Virus record (IMG/VR): IMGVR_UViG_3300030110_005976
Span: 1-55,577 of that record
DNA: 55,577 nt
Reading direction: 5' to 3' (one strand)
Source: a virus
Lineage: Duplodnaviria > Caudoviricetes
The translations under genes were made by a program, and so were the position numbers. Under the pieces are notes generated by a model. The model was not told the DNA's origin, ran no database searches, and saw only the letters and a list, made by a program, of their open reading frames with translations. Of the stretch, positions 25,321 through 35,091 are shown piece by piece (position 1 is the stretch's first letter; each line of letters starts with the position of its first letter).

Positions 25321-28300
25321 ATGGACCCAAAAGTCTGTACACCCAAAGATATATACGGACCAAAAGAGCAAACTGTATTCTTAGGATCTTCAATACAGTC
25401 TGTAAGCTGCTCCTTGGGATGGAATGAACAGCAGTCTTCTGTAACTGTTACTCTAGTAGATGATCCCTGTATTGTACCAGATGAGCTTCCTCCCAAAGTA
25501 TATTACCCTCGTCCGGGTTTAAGAAAAGAAACGAGAGACGCTGATCCGGGTTTTACTAAACCAACAATAGGCGTCCCAGTGTACTTTAGAATTGGTGGAG
25601 ATGCCTCTGGCAGTACGGATATTTTTGAATTTGCTGGAATAATACAGTCTTGGACTGAAGATAGGAGTCCAAATGGATATCCAGTATATACTGTTCAAAT
25701 TGTTGACCCTAGACTTATTTTGGAAAACTTAGAAATAATCGTAAGTGATTATGCTGCTTCTGTTGGAGATGTTTACAATCTTATCAATGCCTATGGATGG
25801 TTAGAATCAAAGGGATACGACTGCCCCCATACTTTAGTAAATGGAGCATTCTTTGGTTCTCCAGCTGGAGGTTTTTGCGGAGCTAAGAATAATAATGAGG
25901 GTACTCCTTGGAATAAACCAGATGGCCCACAAGGACTTAGATATGCAATACAACACCTATTAAGTGGTTATAAGGACGCTAAGTTCTCTCCTTATGGACA
26001 TGGCTCATATAGAGGACCTAGCCAGTCTGACGGTGTCAATGGTGAGTTTTACGGAGTTATAGAAGGAAGTCCGGAGGATACTTCCGATGCCGGTCTTGCT
26101 GCCGCAGGAGGATATGGAAAGGTCTCTAACTACTATATAGATATATCTGAAATTTCTTTTACTCCTACATTCTATAGAATACCCGGACCAAGTATAAGTC
26201 TGTTAGATTTAATAAGTCAAATATGCAATGATTCTGGAGATGATTATTATATAGAATTACTTGTAACTTCTCAAAAACAAAAATGTATTAAAGTAAGAAC
26301 TGTTAAGAGGGCAACCCAGCCTGCTTTAGGAGAGATAGAGTCTTTTGTAGAGGATGCAGTAAATGTTACTTCTAAAAACATAGGAAGAGAGCTGAGAAAT
26401 GAACCTTGCCAAGCCTTTGTATATGGAGGCTATACGCAAACAATATATCAGCAAGATAGATATAATTTTCCCGGAGGTAAATCTCTTGGTGAGATTGTTC
26501 AGTTCTGGGGCTACGATGCAGCAGGTGCTCTTACCTATGCTAGCAACACAACCCTTTCGGGTAGAGAGCTTGGAGATTGGGCAGTATGGTTAGATATTAG
26601 ACCATTGAATCTTGTTTTAAACAATACCATCGCTGGAGCTGCTTCTCCCGGATTTGGAGTTGGCAACAACTATTTAAAAATTACCGAGAGAGAGATAAGG
26701 ATGGCTCTGGCTGGTTTCGATCCTTGGTTTAACTTTGCTCTTACTTATAATGGAGGGGTAGGTTCCGAGTTTGGGAAGCAGATGAGAAGTGTGCTAGACA
26801 TAAAAGGGCCTCAAATACACTTTGGTAATATAGACAGTAAAGATATTCTTCTCAACAATTTTCAAAACTCCCTAGCCTTTAATCTTCAATTTGCTCCAGA
26901 TCAAGACCCAAAAGATCCTAAGAATGGAGATGTAAGAAAGATACATGACTTTATACAAAACTGGGCCGACACATATTACGGCAAGCAGTTCCTAGTTCAA
27001 CTACCATATGTTTGTTATTGCACCGATGAAGATTCTGGCCAGATCATGTACTCCGACAATCCTACAAATGATGGTGGGTGGCCTGCATTTGGTGTCGGTG
27101 ACATTCTCGGCCTTCCCGTAAATCCAACTGAAGGTATTCCTCTTGATCCAACTGATTATTTTGCAGACGAAACAAACAAACTGTCTCCTATCGCTAGATA
27201 TTTCAAGAGTAGCACTGGAGCCGTGGAGATGGAGGGCAACTCTTTAACCTACGCTAATTCAATATATGTTCAGGGACAAGTAGAAGAGAAGCCTCTAGAG
27301 TACTATAGCTATGCTACAGCTATTTTGAAGGTAGACAATCCAGTTGAAATGAGTGGGCTTGAAAAAGACCTTGATGGTATGGATATAAGCTTTGGTGGTC
27401 TAATAGAAATAGGCTACCAGTCTGGTCTTACAGACGCGCAGATAGAAAACTTAAAATTTGCATTGCAGTTTAATCCTGATAATTCAAGAGGCACTGATGG
27501 AGGATTGGGAATAATTCCTAGAAGAAGAACTCCTGACGAAGCCGCTGTTCCAATGAAAAGTAATACAACTAGGTATGGCCCTAAGTATTACAAAGGACCT
27601 CCGGGACAAGTTCACTTTGTTTCCGACGATACTCTTGTTCCTTGGGAATATGATGGCTATACTAATCTAATGAATGGCGCTATAAATGCTATGGATGAGC
27701 ATGCAAAGTCTGCTGTTACTTATATGCAAGAGGGTGAGAGAGGTTCTGTAAACTTCCCCGGAAATCCAACAAGACGTTTAGGGTCAGAGCTAAGATCTGC
27801 GCAGAGCGTAATGGGTTTCTTAGCTATGGAAAGTTCTGATTTTACCGTATTAGAGGGTAGCTTCCAATTTAAAAGAATAAATATAGGAACATGGGAGGGT
27901 TCTTTCGGGCCTAATATTACTAATATACAGGTTAATTTTGGAGCCAATGGGTTCACAACTAATTACACACTCAGTACCTTCTCCCCAACATTTGGTAGGT
28001 TTGCCAAATACAATGCTAATAGACTTAAGACTTTGGGTAAGCAAAGACAGGCATTTAGAAAAGCGCAGAGAGAAAGAAATAAACTTGCTAGATCTTTGAT
28101 GGCTGCGCAGGCAAGAACTGCAAGATCGCTTAAAAATAGACAGAACAAAAGGAAAAGTAAGTCAGACTCTGAAAATGCAAATACTGTAATGGCTGGGCAG
28201 ATGGGTGTTGGAAACCCCGTAGACGGCAAGGATACGGTTAATACAAATACAACTCACTTGTCCCCAAGAACTCTTCGTTTAGGAAATCCTACAGAGTGGA

Positions 28301-30105
28301 AAGATCAGGGGGTAATGAGTCAGGATGGTCTTTTCAGACCTGTATGGAATGGAAATACTGAAGGTGGTGTTACATCACAACTACCTAGATATACAGACAC
28401 AACTAAGGGAAGGGCAGCTAAGTGGGATCTTTGTTGGACTGAAAGACCTCATCAAACAAGGCATGTGAACCCTCCTTTTAATGGTGATGAATCTTATAAA
28501 CCTGCTATTAATGATATAAGTTATTTAGATCCTTATGCATATCCTTCTAAGGCTAAACATGATGCTAATAAAAATGCAGCAACAAACTATACTGATGTAG
28601 GCATAATTGCTCACGGGTCAGTTCCTCCGGGAATAATGCACTTACAAGCCTATGTGGATGCTGGTAACGATTTTCCAGAACATCTAAGAATGTTGGCAAG
28701 AAAAGGGCCTATGCTTTTACATGGCTGGGGATACGATATAGATGGCAAGCCAATACCTAATAAAAAGGACACTGAAACAGCTGCTTCTGGAGGTGTCTTC
28801 GAGGCGGATGCACTTGCTGACGAGTTCTTGTCACACTATTTAAGGAAGCCACATACTTGGCCAGTTGGACCAATTGATCTTAGATTTGATAGGGCTCGTG
28901 GTGTTTGGACTCAGCCTATACAATATAAGATTATCCAAGCACATGCTAAGGATGAAGCTATCCCAGCTGGACAGAGCAAGGATAGCGTTAAAGTTCTAGA
29001 TATGGGAACTACGGCTAATCCTGTATATGATGCAGCTGGAAATGCTATTGATTCAGCCACCAGTGGAACGATAGATGTAGAAAATCCAACTTGGGCTAGC
29101 GATATCGCAGTAGGAGATAAGTTTTTTGCTGTTTACGACTCTATACATTGTAAGTATTACCCACTTGTTTCTGCAGGCGGTAAAACAAGATTTTATAATA
29201 GTGGAATATGCTATGATAGTTCGGCTGGCGGATGTCAAGCTCCAACAGACAGAGGATGTTGGACAAACAATACTATAATTCTAGGTAGTGGATTACAAGC
29301 ATCTGAACAGGAAATAAATCCAAATAGTGATTGCGATAGCCTTCCTAGTGGTACGGGAACTTTTATATCTTTAAGACTTCCTGCATACGATGTGGCCGAT
29401 ACAGGTGCCGCAAACGCATCTGCAAGATCACCGATTCAAGAACTAGGAAGCAACTGCGCAGATAATTGGGCTACAATGATATTCGGAAAAGGTTTAACAG
29501 CCTTTACGGGAGGAAGATCAGACCAAAGCGGCCCCAACGTAGACTGTAACTTTCTTTATGTTGAGGGCTGTTCTCCAAAAGCATACAACGTAGATTGTAA
29601 TGATAGTTCATTCGGAACTTGCGGACCGGACGGAGCTCCCGGCATAGCTAATGCAAATGGCGAGACTATATGTACTGGCCTGATAGGTGGTCCCGGAATT
29701 AGAATGGGTGTTATTCACGAAGAAAAAACACTTTCAGATGGAACGAATGTTGCGGGCTATCACTATCTTCAAAAAATTCTAGATGTTCAATCAGGTTGCG
29801 GAGGTAGCAACTATGTGGAGTCAGTCGAAACAATCAGTCTTGGATGTGGTATTAGTGGTACACCCAGTCAATACTGCCCGATAGACGCTGACAAGCCAAT
29901 ATGCAAGGTCACTTTGGGAATCAACAAAAATTGTTACAATAGTGTGGGTGGTGTAAGGGTAGTCAATGATGTTTGCTGCTCTGGAGGAAGTGGACTCGTT
30001 ATTTCGTACAAGAGTCTTAGATTTACTGATTGCGGTTTATTTACAGGCGTAGCACCTTATAATAATTGTAATGGAGAAATGCAGCCTAGTGATTGGAACC
30101 TTTAA
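25321..30105 (+). CDS. Large tail-tip/baseplate hub protein with Cys-rich C-terminal extension (1594 aa)
   Basis: Hub-like N-terminus (FEFAGIIQSW...YTVQIVDPR; SLLDLISQIC); ITNIQVNFGANGFTTNYTLSTF followed by a basic helix; about 19 Cys in the last ~305 aa. Confidence 0.6.
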   Translation: MDPKVCTPKDIYGPKEQTVFLGSSIQSVSCSLGWNEQQSSVTVTLVDDPCIVPDELPPKVYYPRPGLRKETRDADPGFTKPTIGVPVYFRIGGDASGSTDIFEFAGIIQSWTEDRSPNGYPVYTVQIVDPRLILENLEIIVSDYAASVGDVYNLINAYGWLESKGYDCPHTLVNGAFFGSPAGGFCGAKNNNEGTPWNKPDGPQGLRYAIQHLLSGYKDAKFSPYGHGSYRGPSQSDGVNGEFYGVIEGSPEDTSDAGLAAAGGYGKVSNYYIDISEISFTPTFYRIPGPSISLLDLISQICNDSGDDYYIELLVTSQKQKCIKVRTVKRATQPALGEIESFVEDAVNVTSKNIGRELRNEPCQAFVYGGYTQTIYQQDRYNFPGGKSLGEIVQFWGYDAAGALTYASNTTLSGRELGDWAVWLDIRPLNLVLNNTIAGAASPGFGVGNNYLKITEREIRMALAGFDPWFNFALTYNGGVGSEFGKQMRSVLDIKGPQIHFGNIDSKDILLNNFQNSLAFNLQFAPDQDPKDPKNGDVRKIHDFIQNWADTYYGKQFLVQLPYVCYCTDEDSGQIMYSDNPTNDGGWPAFGVGDILGLPVNPTEGIPLDPTDYFADETNKLSPIARYFKSSTGAVEMEGNSLTYANSIYVQGQVEEKPLEYYSYATAILKVDNPVEMSGLEKDLDGMDISFGGLIEIGYQSGLTDAQIENLKFALQFNPDNSRGTDGGLGIIPRRRTPDEAAVPMKSNTTRYGPKYYKGPPGQVHFVSDDTLVPWEYDGYTNLMNGAINAMDEHAKSAVTYMQEGERGSVNFPGNPTRRLGSELRSAQSVMGFLAMESSDFTVLEGSFQFKRINIGTWEGSFGPNITNIQVNFGANGFTTNYTLSTFSPTFGRFAKYNANRLKTLGKQRQAFRKAQRERNKLARSLMAAQARTARSLKNRQNKRKSKSDSENANTVMAGQMGVGNPVDGKDTVNTNTTHLSPRTLRLGNPTEWKDQGVMSQDGLFRPVWNGNTEGGVTSQLPRYTDTTKGRAAKWDLCWTERPHQTRHVNPPFNGDESYKPAINDISYLDPYAYPSKAKHDANKNAATNYTDVGIIAHGSVPPGIMHLQAYVDAGNDFPEHLRMLARKGPMLLHGWGYDIDGKPIPNKKDTETAASGGVFEADALADEFLSHYLRKPHTWPVGPIDLRFDRARGVWTQPIQYKIIQAHAKDEAIPAGQSKDSVKVLDMGTTANPVYDAAGNAIDSATSGTIDVENPTWASDIAVGDKFFAVYDSIHCKYYPLVSAGGKTRFYNSGICYDSSAGGCQAPTDRGCWTNNTIILGSGLQASEQEINPNSDCDSLPSGTGTFISLRLPAYDVADTGAANASARSPIQELGSNCADNWATMIFGKGLTAFTGGRSDQSGPNVDCNFLYVEGCSPKAYNVDCNDSSFGTCGPDGAPGIANANGETICTGLIGGPGIRMGVIHEEKTLSDGTNVAGYHYLQKILDVQSGCGGSNYVESVETISLGCGISGTPSQYCPIDADKPICKVTLGINKNCYNSVGGVRVVNDVCCSGGSGLVISYKSLRFTDCGLFTGVAPYNNCNGEMQPSDWNL

Positions 30106-30117
30106 AGGAGGATAAGG

Positions 30118-31230
30118 ATGACAACTCAAAACAAACGTTATATAGTTGGGCCTTGGGGCGGAGAAAACTGTTGTTATTGTTGCTACAGATGCAAGAATGA
30201 CGTTAATCAAGCAGTGCATTACAATAATTGTACTGGCTGTCCACCTCTTTGCTGCACATGCCCTCCTCTTTGCAACTTAGAAGTTTGCATTACAGCTCAT
30301 TGTTGCGGGACTGGAAATTGTGGAGATTCGCCTGAAAATACTTGGGGCATGGATGGTCTTACCTTTACCATGCACACAGCCAAGTGGGACGACTATACGG
30401 ATCATTTCTGCAACTTGTCTACCAACCCTACTTCTACCAATGTCGCTAATTCTCTATGTTATCTAGAACATGACGACACAAACTGCCCTTATGAAGGTAC
30501 TGCGCACCCATACGAAAAATGGGTAAATAAACCTAGCGCAGGAAATGAGTCTTTATGTGATGGGGTTGGTGATATTTATTGCAAGGGCAGTGAAGGTAAG
30601 TCTCCTACCACCGACTCTGATAATAAGGGGACGGAAGACTTCGCCGGCAACTGCCTTAATCAGCAGGCATATGAGGGCGGCTCTGCCGCTGGATGCAAAG
30701 GGGTTGGTATGATATTTAGTCTTTGCTGCTGCGATCAACAGTCCGCAGCTATGGCTAGAACTGAGCCATATGAAGGTGAATGTAAAACATGCTCATATCA
30801 GTTTAGAACGGAGTGGTTTAAGAGATCCGATGTAACTCCACCAGATCCAACTCTAGGTTCTGTTTGTAGCTGTTTTGATGGTCAGGCAGGTTCATTCTTG
30901 ACTGCGGCTGAGAAAATTCCCCCCGACCAAAGCGCTGCAGCCGGACATGCTCAAGGCTTGTCTGTAGTCTGGGAACATGTTGATGGAGAGTGCGGTTTCT
31001 CTGAAGATCCTTCACAGCCATTTGATCCAGATGACTGGATAATGACATACAGATTAGGTACTGCAGAGGACCCTGTATTTTGGAATTGCGACTGTTGTTT
31101 CAATACGGAAGTTTTCGATCCGGGACTTTATCCTCCCCAAACAGATGTTAGGCCTACAGCTATGGCATATTTTACCGCAGTAATTACTCCTGTCGGTGGA
31201 TGCTCCAAGGGCGGTCCAGATATTCCATAG
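30118..31230 (+). CDS. Cysteine-rich protein (about 34 Cys in 370 aa)
   Basis: CCYCCYRC, CPPLCCTCPPLC, CCC and CDCC motifs; GGAGG/AGGA upstream. Confidence 0.8.
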   Translation: MTTQNKRYIVGPWGGENCCYCCYRCKNDVNQAVHYNNCTGCPPLCCTCPPLCNLEVCITAHCCGTGNCGDSPENTWGMDGLTFTMHTAKWDDYTDHFCNLSTNPTSTNVANSLCYLEHDDTNCPYEGTAHPYEKWVNKPSAGNESLCDGVGDIYCKGSEGKSPTTDSDNKGTEDFAGNCLNQQAYEGGSAAGCKGVGMIFSLCCCDQQSAAMARTEPYEGECKTCSYQFRTEWFKRSDVTPPDPTLGSVCSCFDGQAGSFLTAAEKIPPDQSAAAGHAQGLSVVWEHVDGECGFSEDPSQPFDPDDWIMTYRLGTAEDPVFWNCDCCFNTEVFDPGLYPPQTDVRPTAMAYFTAVITPVGGCSKGGPDIP

Positions 31231-31239
31231 GGGTTTGAT

Positions 31240-31764
31240 TTGAAAAAAACCGCATGTCGTTGCACAGACTATGGATTTTGCAATAGTCGCAGATATAATG
31301 TAAGCTTGAATCAGTGGCTTAAATGCCAGAGAAGAAGCTCAATAGAAAGGTTGTGTTGCAACTCTGAATTTGAAGAAAGGCAGGCTGTGCAGCCAGATGT
31401 AATGCAAATTGATTATGATGACTTTGCAGTAGAATTAGAAGGTATTGAATTTGTTGATGCTGACTTTTATCCAACTATATTTACAAGAAAAATAAGTACC
31501 CACATAGACAGTATAAAAGCTATATTAGCATCAAGTGGTATTAAATATGGAAGACTTGTAACTTATCCTGTAGAAAGATGGTTTTCAAACTTTCCCAGTT
31601 GTAATGAAGAAGAACTTTATTATCAAAACCTTGAGATTTCGAACTTTTTCTCCCAGTTGAGCGATAAAGTAATTATAGTGAGAAGCTGTGGAATAGCTTA
31701 TTTAATAAATAAAGAAACAGGTAAGAGGACTATTTGTTTATCAAAAGGAACGATATATGAGTAA
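31240..31764 (+). CDS. Hypothetical protein with N-terminal CxC-x3-GxC-x14-C motif
   Basis: TTG start with AGGGG upstream; CRCTDYGFC-x14-C. Confidence 0.65.
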   Translation: MKKTACRCTDYGFCNSRRYNVSLNQWLKCQRRSSIERLCCNSEFEERQAVQPDVMQIDYDDFAVELEGIEFVDADFYPTIFTRKISTHIDSIKAILASSGIKYGRLVTYPVERWFSNFPSCNEEELYYQNLEISNFFSQLSDKVIIVRSCGIAYLINKETGKRTICLSKGTIYE

Positions 31765-32236
31765 AAAGATTGGAAGAATAATCACTAGGCAAGAGCGTAA
31801 AGAATTTATTGAGAATGGACTTGATGAATGTCTATGCGATGGAGCTGGCCACTGTCCGATATTTATGTTAGCGATGTCAGAGAATCTACATCATAGATGT
31901 AAGACAAGCCAGTTTCACCGAAATTATTTTTTAAGACAAGCCAAAAGAGACGAGGAGGAATCTCCTACGTACCATAATGATTTTACAAAGAAATCACAAC
32001 TTAGAGAGGCAGTTAGCAAAGTAGAAAATGCTATATTAGCTTTAGAGCATGAAGGCGTAAAACCTGAAGACGCAGGTTCCGAAGGATTTGGAGATACTGT
32101 TAGCAAGGTTTTGCAAACATTCGGTATAACAGAGCGATTGATGTCTGCGGTAGGAGCGGACAGTAGCTGCAAGTGCAATAAAAGAAGAAGATGGCTAAAT
32201 AAAATGCTTCCATATGGTGTAGAGAAAGATGACTGA
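31757..32236 (+). CDS. Cys-motif protein, paralogue A
   Basis: CLCDGAGHC-x14-C and C-terminal EGFGDTV...GI...CKC..RR..LN...PY. Confidence 0.8.
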   Translation: MSKKIGRIITRQERKEFIENGLDECLCDGAGHCPIFMLAMSENLHHRCKTSQFHRNYFLRQAKRDEEESPTYHNDFTKKSQLREAVSKVENAILALEHEGVKPEDAGSEGFGDTVSKVLQTFGITERLMSAVGADSSCKCNKRRRWLNKMLPYGVEKDD

Positions 32237-32705
32237 GTACAATCCTTGTGAGTGTTCTGGCGCTGGTTTCTGTCCTCGTTATAACAAGGAGATGAGCCAA
32301 GACCTTCATCATTTATGCAAAACAAGGGAAGACTACAGAAAATCATTTGAGTCAATTCTTAGCGATCTAGAAAAAGCGGAGATTAAAAGAGTGAACGAAG
32401 AAAGAGAAAATATAAAAAAGAAAACGGAAGAGCTAGAAGTTGGCGATTCCCCAATGCTGAATGAAAAAGAAAAAAGCGATCACGAGCTTGCCGATGTTAT
32501 CATTGACGAGCTTGGCAAGGTAGGGATAAACGAAAACAATATACAAGAGCAGTCTGAGGGGCTTGGAGATACCTTGGAAAAGGTTTTAAGCAAGATAGGT
32601 ATAAGCAAAGAGAGGTTTGAGAGACTTCCGGGAATGGGAGGCTGCGGCTGCGATGCTCGTAAAAAGTTCCTAAATAAAATTTTCCCTTACAGGAAGAAGG
32701 AATAA
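32229..32705 (+). CDS. Cys-motif protein, paralogue B
   Basis: CECSGAGFC-x14-C and C-terminal EGLGDTL...GI...CGC..RK..LN...PY. Confidence 0.8.
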   Translation: MTEYNPCECSGAGFCPRYNKEMSQDLHHLCKTREDYRKSFESILSDLEKAEIKRVNEERENIKKKTEELEVGDSPMLNEKEKSDHELADVIIDELGKVGINENNIQEQSEGLGDTLEKVLSKIGISKERFERLPGMGGCGCDARKKFLNKIFPYRKKE

Positions 32706-32737
32706 AAAAAGGGGGTATAAAACCCCCTCTTCTTTTT
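32704..32737. terminator. Bidirectional intrinsic terminator between the convergent structural and replication blocks
   Basis: AAAAAAA-GGGGGT-ATAAA-ACCCCC-TCTTCTTTTT. Confidence 0.85.
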
Positions 32738-32760
32738 AAAACAAGATGCCTGAGAGCCTT

Positions 32761-33144
32761 CTAGGAGGCTGGAGGCTTGTATACAAACCATCCTTTGTCA
32801 GGAAGATACCCTCTATTCTTATCAGCATAAGTCTGCTCATTGGCTCTTTGCTCTTTTTGCTTCTCAGAAAGCTGATCCCATCTGATCTTTGGATAGATCT
32901 GACCACCCTTTTTGGTTCTTCCAAAAATAAGTTTTGCCCTGCAGTCTTGACAAACTATCTCAAGCCAATCATTCTCAGAACTATCAAATCTACAAACGAA
33001 TTTTACATTTTGAGAAGAGCATTTTCCACAAGTATTATGTTGAAAAATTTCTTGAACTCTAGCAACCTGCTTAAAAAGTTCTTCTTCTGTTTCTGCGTCC
33101 GCTTCAAACCATAAATCGTTAGATGCTTTAATTCTAGCTCTCAT
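32761..33144 (-). CDS. Zinc-ribbon protein (CGKC...CQDC)
   Basis: Two CxxC motifs; GGAGG SD upstream. Confidence 0.75.
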   Translation of the reverse strand: MRARIKASNDLWFEADAETEEELFKQVARVQEIFQHNTCGKCSSQNVKFVCRFDSSENDWLEIVCQDCRAKLIFGRTKKGGQIYPKIRWDQLSEKQKEQRANEQTYADKNRGYLPDKGWFVYKPPAS

Positions 33145-33146
33145 AT

Positions 33147-33887
33147 TTATTTACCTCCGGAATCAAATGTTTCACGCCAGTTAGAATCATATCCCAGCAA
33201 ATCTTCTGGAATCAAAGATGAGTTTCGCTGGTATTCAGATAGAGATGTTAGCAGCATTCTACCTTGAAGGTTACTGGCAGATCTTACAGACTTTGCAGTT
33301 GCACAGTTTGTTTTGACAGCTTTCTCCAAGTTAACATCTAACCTTTTGCACATTTGATTTATTGCAAGTATTTGCTGATCCGTAATATTTTCCTCAGCAG
33401 CCAGAAGATCATCTTCATCAGAATTTTGCATTTCTTCTGCTGTTACTACTCTGATTTTCAAAGCTCTCCTAATAGCCTTTCCTTCAGCGCGAGTATCTGC
33501 TGTTGCAACTAAGTGCTGATTAAATGGGTGCGGTATATTGCTACGATTAACATCTACACATCCGTCTACACTTATTATATCCCCCGTTAGGTGTTTTCGT
33601 ATCTGTAAAGTATGCTTAATTGTGCACACACCTCTTGAGGTATCATGATTATAGATATGGCTAGACGAGGCAAGGATGTCTCCAAAAACTTCCTCTGTAA
33701 CTCTACGCAGGCCATCTACAGTAGGGTTGCCGTCTCTTAGTTCGCTGTCATCTAAGTGATCTAGAACATACTCACTCCATCCCGGACTATGTGGAGATAT
33801 CTTTTGCTCATTGTCTTCTTGAGCTATAATCTCTTCCTCTGTCTCACCTTCAACTACAACTTGGTCAAAATCGCTTTTTCTACTCAT
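33147..33887 (-). CDS. Putative single-strand annealing protein (Rad52/Sak/ERF-like)
   Basis: ATADTRAEGKAIRRAL...TAEEM helix and C-terminal ITDQQILAI motif, reminiscent of phage SSAPs. Confidence 0.45.
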   Translation of the reverse strand: MSRKSDFDQVVVEGETEEEIIAQEDNEQKISPHSPGWSEYVLDHLDDSELRDGNPTVDGLRRVTEEVFGDILASSSHIYNHDTSRGVCTIKHTLQIRKHLTGDIISVDGCVDVNRSNIPHPFNQHLVATADTRAEGKAIRRALKIRVVTAEEMQNSDEDDLLAAEENITDQQILAINQMCKRLDVNLEKAVKTNCATAKSVRSASNLQGRMLLTSLSEYQRNSSLIPEDLLGYDSNWRETFDSGGK

Positions 33888-34678
33888 ATTTCTATATACC
33901 TCTTATTTTCCTCTGGAAACTTTTCCTCAACTTTATCTATTACTTCAAGAAGCTTTTCTAGAACTTCTCTTAAGTACCTATTAGAAATCCTCTTTGTCTG
34001 TTTAATCCTAACTAAAACAAGACCTTGTCCAAGAACAAGCCCAGTCTTTTCTAAGTCTGACCTTTGGTTCTTCTTTAGATTTTCTTCTCCCCATACTGGT
34101 TCGAAGTGAGATGGTCCATCGACCTCAATGACTACTCTTAAATCCTCTATAAAGAGATCCGTCTCAAGCTTTTGGTTTTTAAGCCAATGCTCCTTATGGA
34201 ATTGTACCTTGTAGTTTCTCTTTGTTAGCTCGCTAAGTATAAATTTTTCTAATTTTGATCCTTCTCTTGAGGCCTTTCTAATAGCTTCACTACCCTTACT
34301 AATTATATCTCTCTTCTGCTTTTCGCTTCTTTTGTCCCAGCATTCCTTTGCTACGATGGACCTTTTAGCCCTCTCTTTATCGCTTAGATTGTCCCAAACT
34401 TTACCCTGACTATCGCTTATTTTTAATTTGGTTTCCTCACCCCTTTCAGTACCTTCTGTGGGATGTTGAGATCGCCCTTGCTTAAGAGCTTCTCTCTGAG
34501 CCTCACTTTTGTCTCTAGATTCAATGCCTAGCCGCTTCGCTTCTCTACGGATTTTATTGGGATATGTAGAGAGCTCCTTAGATATAGCTATCCAGCTCAT
34601 GTTCTTATTATAATAAGCTTCAGTTAAGAAGGCCTTACGTTGACTGTCTGTCAGGTTCCAATATTTTTCTGCTTTCAT
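33884..34678 (-). CDS. Endonuclease with HTH/NUMOD3-like DNA-binding region and Vsr/DUF559-like nuclease domain
   Basis: GTERGEETKLKIS (NUMOD3-like); SKLE...ETDLFI...VIEVDGPSH. The ATG at 34678 overlaps the upstream stop. Confidence 0.65.
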   Translation of the reverse strand: MKAEKYWNLTDSQRKAFLTEAYYNKNMSWIAISKELSTYPNKIRREAKRLGIESRDKSEAQREALKQGRSQHPTEGTERGEETKLKISDSQGKVWDNLSDKERAKRSIVAKECWDKRSEKQKRDIISKGSEAIRKASREGSKLEKFILSELTKRNYKVQFHKEHWLKNQKLETDLFIEDLRVVIEVDGPSHFEPVWGEENLKKNQRSDLEKTGLVLGQGLVLVRIKQTKRISNRYLREVLEKLLEVIDKVEEKFPEENKRYIEI

Positions 34679-35091
34679 TGCTCCAACTCGCTGAAATTCC
34701 AATTAGTTACAACTCTCTCAGGTTCTCTAAAAAGATTTTTAATTATATCATAGTCTTTTTTATTAGAGACAATTAGATCAAGTTCTTTATTGTTATATAT
34801 ATCATCTAGTTCTTGGTATCTTAAAGGATTATATCCAACCCAATCCAAAGAACGAATGTAAAAGTATTTCTTTTTAGGATTATTTAATTTAGAAGTTAAT
34901 ATTGCAGTAGGTATATCTGTAGCTACAATAGTATCTTTAAAATCATAGACTCTAAGTGTCTGCAAGAAGTTTATAGGATAGTCAGGGGTTATAGCTCCAG
35001 TGCTAAACACACAGCATTTATCGCCATTATTCTCATAGAGGTTTTTTATAATCTCGTTATCAAATGAGTGACTGAGTAGTACTCCTATCAT
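34675..35091 (-). CDS. Hypothetical protein in the glycosylation cluster (possible GT-B half domain)
   Basis: Coupled to its neighbours; IVATDIPTA...KKYFYI...LDW alpha/beta pattern. Confidence 0.55.
   Translation of the reverse strand: MIGVLLSHSFDNEIIKNLYENNGDKCCVFSTGAITPDYPINFLQTLRVYDFKDTIVATDIPTAILTSKLNNPKKKYFYIRSLDWVGYNPLRYQELDDIYNNKELDLIVSNKKDYDIIKNLFREPERVVTNWNFSELEQ

Noticed and set aside
32746-33114. 122-aa + strand hydrophobic ORF as a possible holin
   Set aside because: It lies beyond the terminator and fully antisense to a better-supported zinc-ribbon gene with a GGAGG SD.
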